Shown here: positions 8,302 to 11,131 of the stretch, piece by piece
Layout of the letters: the number at the start of each line of letters is the position of its first letter
Numbering within the stretch: the first letter of the stretch is position 1
Assembly (NCBI GenBank): GCA_964247135.1
Contig: CAXTTL010000163.1
Coordinates: 1 to 11,131, forward strand
From: an uncultured Deinococcales bacterium
Lineage (GTDB): Bacteria; Deinococcota; Deinococci; Deinococcales; JAAFIG01
Reading direction: 5' to 3'
DNA: 11,131 bases
Notes under the pieces: model-generated
What the model was told of the DNA's origin: nothing
Database searches by the model: none
The model's input: only the letters and a program-made list of their open reading frames with translations
Translations under genes and position numbers: made by a program

Positions 8302-9281
8302 GGTTCGATTATCACTTTACCCGTGCTTGCCCTCGAGAACACGTGCTCGAAGGCTTTCCCTGCTTCCTCGAGTTTGAAAACCTGCCCGACAATTGGTTTG
8401 ACCGCGCCACTCGAGAGCAGTGGCGTCATGAAGCCAGTGGCTTGGATCATGACATCGGGTTCTTGCAACAGTGGTGTCAGCCAAACGCCAATCACGCTGA
8501 CGTTCTTTTTCATCAGCATGGTCGGGTTGAGGTTGGCAGGTTCGCGGCTGGCATTGCCGATCACCATCACGCGACCCAAAGCATTCATGAAGGTGGTGGC
8601 ACGGTCTTCAAAACCGCGCCCGCCCGTGACCGACAGGTAAATGTCCACACCGCGTTTGCCTGTAGCCTCGAGAATCAAATCGCGCAAGTTCTCCGCGCCA
8701 GACAAGAACACATGATCTGCGCCAAGGTTTTTGGCGATCTCGAGTTTTTCTGGTGTGCTGGCAATGGCAATCACGTTTAAGTTCATGGCTTTTGCCAGTT
8801 GAATGCTGGCAGTGCCGAGCGCTCCGGCGGCGGCTTCGACCAACACGGTTTCTCCGTCTTTGGCGTTGCCCAAGGTCTTTAGACTGAAATACGCGGTGTA
8901 ATAACTGACAGGAAGTGCTGCCGCTTCCCGAGCCGTCAGGTTTGCTGGAATGGGCAAGATTGCGGCAGCAGGCACAACGGCGTATTCGGCAAAACTGCCC
9001 GCGCCAAGTGCCGCGACCAACTGCCCAAGCTCGAGGTGCGTGACACCGTCGCCGAGTTTGTCCACAATGCCCGAAAATTCCATACCTGGCACAAACGGCG
9101 TGCGTGCTCGAGTGAGGTATTCGCCGCGCACGTTCAGAATGTCGGCAAAGTTCAATCCCACGCTTTGGACTTTGATGCGAACCCAGCCTGCTCGAGGTTC
9201 TGGGATGGGCATTTCGCTGACCGTCAGGACTTCTGGACCGCCAAGTTGCTGGACGTTGATGGCTTTCATGGTTTCAGACAT
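8298..9281 (-). CDS. NADPH:quinone oxidoreductase family (zeta-crystallin-like MDR)
   Basis: Motifs GGPEVL, GLNFADI, PFVPGMEFSG, AAAGALG and TGKVII. No Zn-binding cysteines. Confidence 0.93.
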   Translation of the reverse strand: MSETMKAINVQQLGGPEVLTVSEMPIPEPRAGWVRIKVQSVGLNFADILNVRGEYLTRARTPFVPGMEFSGIVDKLGDGVTHLELGQLVAALGAGSFAEYAVVPAAAILPIPANLTAREAAALPVSYYTAYFSLKTLGNAKDGETVLVEAAAGALGTASIQLAKAMNLNVIAIASTPEKLEIAKNLGADHVFLSGAENLRDLILEATGKRGVDIYLSVTGGRGFEDRATTFMNALGRVMVIGNASREPANLNPTMLMKKNVSVIGVWLTPLLQEPDVMIQATGFMTPLLSSGAVKPIVGQVFKLEEAGKAFEHVFSRASTGKVIIEP

Positions 9282-9355
9282 GAATTTAGTCTAACGTGAT
9301 TGAGCGATTACAAATTGTTCGATGATTCCAATTTTTGTGATGGTTAAGTTGAAAA

Positions 9356-9576
9356 CTACGGCGCATTTTCCCAGTCTTCTCGAGAAATTTCGGCTTCCAG
9401 TAAGATTTGAGCCAAAGTGGAATGCCAATGTCACCTTGATGCGGATTTGGAATGCGAAGTTTAAAGTGTCCCCGTTCCATGTACTCATGGCGTTTTCCTG
9501 CGAATGGTCCAACAAATCCCAATTGGCACAACCTGATGATGAGATCGCGTCTCGAGATGGGTTTTAAACCTGGCAT
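9356..9576 (-). pseudogene. hicA: HicA-family toxin, frameshifted
   Basis: MPGLKPISRRDLI..LGFVGPFAGKRHEYM...LRIPNPH. Adding one T at the TTT of 9414-9416 restores the family-like tail LLAQILLEAEISREDWENAP* (73 aa). As sequenced, the ORF reads on to 9286. Confidence 0.82.
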
Positions 9577-9827
9577 TATGCCATTTCCTCAGTGGCATGA
9601 AAATCGGGCAACTTCAGCCCAAGAAATTCTGGTGTCTCATGACCACGAGCCACGCCAAGGAGTACCCAATCCTCGAGCACGTCACGCAGTTCATCACGGC
9701 ATTCTTCAAGGGTTGCTGCATTTGCCCAAACTCCTGGTGCTTCGGGAATGTTGGCGTAAAAAGTATTGTCCTCGAGCAGCTTGTATTTGGCGAGTTTCAT
9801 TCCGGCGTTGAGGTAATTTTCAATCAT
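9576..9827 (-). CDS. hicB: HicB-family antitoxin (short, no evident DNA-binding domain)
   Basis: FYANIPEAPGVWANAATLEECRDELRDVLEDW. AGGAGG Shine-Dalgarno 6 nt before the ATG. TAATG overlap with hicA. Confidence 0.9.
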   Translation of the reverse strand: MIENYLNAGMKLAKYKLLEDNTFYANIPEAPGVWANAATLEECRDELRDVLEDWVLLGVARGHETPEFLGLKLPDFHATEEMA

Positions 9828-9922
9828 TTGTAACCTCCTGCGATGTCTTGATTTTAGCGCAAAAGCCCGTATATTTTATCAATCTTGAGTGTGTTTGTAA
9901 TGTTTTCGGCTAAGATGTTGCC

Positions 9923-10111
9923 ATGAAACAAAAGTTTGTCTACTGGCAAGATGATGGAATGTGGTTGGGGTATCTCGAGGAATATCCCGATTATTGGACC
10001 CAGGGAGTCACCGAATCAGAATTGCGTCAAAATCTGATTGATTTACACAAAGATTTGACTGGCGGAGAAATACCGAATGTTCGTCTTGTTGCCGAACTCG
10101 AGGTGGCATGA
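9923..10111 (+). CDS. hicB: HicB-family antitoxin (short)
   Basis: WLGYLEEYPDYWTQGVTESELRQNL. TAAGAT lies 6 nt before the ATG. ATGA overlap with a hicA remnant. Confidence 0.85.
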   Translation: MKQKFVYWQDDGMWLGYLEEYPDYWTQGVTESELRQNLIDLHKDLTGGEIPNVRLVAELEVA

Positions 10112-10292
10112 AGTCACGTGATCTTATCAAAGTGCTCGAGGATATGGGTTGCGAATTCATTCGTCATGGTGAGAATTACGATTGGTATCAAAATCCGCGT
10201 ACCAGAATTGCTCAACCTGTTCCAAGGTTTCTGAAGTGAATGAACGTCTAGCAAAGCACATCATCAAAATGCTCAGTGACGATGATGAATAA
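10108..10292 (+). pseudogene. hicA: HicA-family toxin, frameshifted
   Basis: MKSRDLIKVLEDMGCEFIRHGENYDWYQNPRTRIAQPVPR, then FLK* at 10239. The family-like tail SEVNERLAKHIIKMLSDDDE* continues in another frame (net 1 nt missing near 10228). Confidence 0.85.
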
Positions 10293-10375
10293 GCTTTAGC
10301 GACATTTTTGTTTTCGCGTGATTTGACGGCGCAAGCTCGAAATTATTTTGAGACTTGACTAAGCTTTTTGACGCA

Positions 10376-10404
10376 TTGACTTTTAAGCATCTTGCATATA
10401 TGCT
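10376..10404 (+). promoter_or_regulatory. Sigma70-like promoter of nrtR
   Basis: TTGACT-N17-TATGCT, ending 14 nt before ATG 10419. Confidence 0.7.
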
Positions 10405-10418
10405 ACTTGCAGATAACT

Positions 10419-11131
10419 ATGAAAAACCTCAAACCCCAAACCGAACAAGAATTCCTCGAGACTTACGATCCCAACATCTTCCCCCACCCCAGCCTCAGCG
10501 TGGACGTTGCCATGCTGACCGTGCGGCAACGATCTCTCGAGGTGCTGGTCATCAAACGCAGCGAACACCCCTTCAAAGACCGTTACACCCTGCCAGGTGG
10601 CTTTGTGCAAATGGATGAAACCCTGGATGCCGCCGCCGCCAGACTTTTAAAAGCCAAAACAGGTTTGGATAACGTGTTTCTCGAGCAACTGTACACCTTT
10701 GGCAGCCTGAACCGTGACCCCAGAACCCGGGTGATTTCAGTGGCGTATTACGCGCTTGTGAACACCGAAAGGCTCGAGGCTCTTGAAAACACCGACACCA
10801 TTCGGTTGGCAAGGGTTGAAGTCCCGTGGCTTGGCGAAGTCGGCGGCAAGGTGCAAATCAGGCTCGAGAAACAAAATTACGACCTGGCGTTCGATCACGG
10901 TGAAATCCTCGGCACAGCCGTCAAACGCATTCGCGGCAAACTCGATTACGCCCCCATTGGGTTTCAACTGCTGCCCGAACGCTTCACCCTGCGCCAACTG
11001 CAAGACATTCACGAAACCATCCTGGCTCGAGGGGTGAACAAAGACTCGTTCCGCCGTCGGATGCTTGCCAGCGAACAACTCCAAGCCACGGGTGCGCTCG
11101 AGAGTGGTGTGGATTATCGCCCCGCCGAGTT
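10419..11131 (+). CDS. nrtR: NrtR-family regulator (Nudix-like domain plus winged HTH), 3' end outside window
   Basis: Manual translation: EFLETYDPNIFPHPSLSVDV, LPGGFV, LEQLYTFG..NRDPRTRVISVAYYALV, LAFDHGEIL, LLPERFTLRQLQ and NKDSFRRRM. Confidence 0.92.
   Translation, partial: MKNLKPQTEQEFLETYDPNIFPHPSLSVDVAMLTVRQRSLEVLVIKRSEHPFKDRYTLPGGFVQMDETLDAAAARLLKAKTGLDNVFLEQLYTFGSLNRDPRTRVISVAYYALVNTERLEALENTDTIRLARVEVPWLGEVGGKVQIRLEKQNYDLAFDHGEILGTAVKRIRGKLDYAPIGFQLLPERFTLRQLQDIHETILARGVNKDSFRRRMLASEQLQATGALESGVDYRPAE

Larger units (their letters stand above)
78..11102. repeat. Dispersed highly iterated palindrome CTCGAG (~94 copies)
   Basis: Hand count; examples at 78, 138, 293, 325, 2264, 2271, 4988, 4997, 5577, 5704, 5712, 7501 and 11097. 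Confidence 0.95.

Noticed and set aside
5592-9294. Plus-strand ORFs opposite the secreted proteins, SDR and MDR
   Set aside because: Antisense shadows with no recognisable motifs or start signals.
10355-11084. Track ORFs 10355..10618, 10737..11084 and 10783..11037
   Set aside because: Alternative frames or antisense of nrtR, which starts at 10419.
78-11102. CTCGAG copies as a CRISPR, REP or tandem array
   Set aside because: Only 6 bp are conserved, spacing is irregular, flanks vary, and most copies lie within intact genes.

Overview
Bacterial chromosomal window of about 50% GC. The leaderless-type gene starts suggest Deinococcota, but this is inference. The left half is a minus-strand methionine operon: sigma70-like promoter, SAM-I riboswitch, metF, Uma2 nuclease, an AT-rich membrane ORF and B12-dependent metH (running off the left end). 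The right half holds a RelE/ParE-like toxin-antitoxin pair, two tandem paralogous secreted beta-rich proteins, an SDR plus a quinone-reductase-type MDR, two back-to-back hicBA modules whose hicA toxins are both frameshifted, and an NrtR-family regulator (running off the right end). The strongest signal is the palindrome CTCGAG: about 94 copies by hand count versus about 3 expected. It occurs in all three codon phases and between genes, like a HIP1-type highly iterated palindrome.
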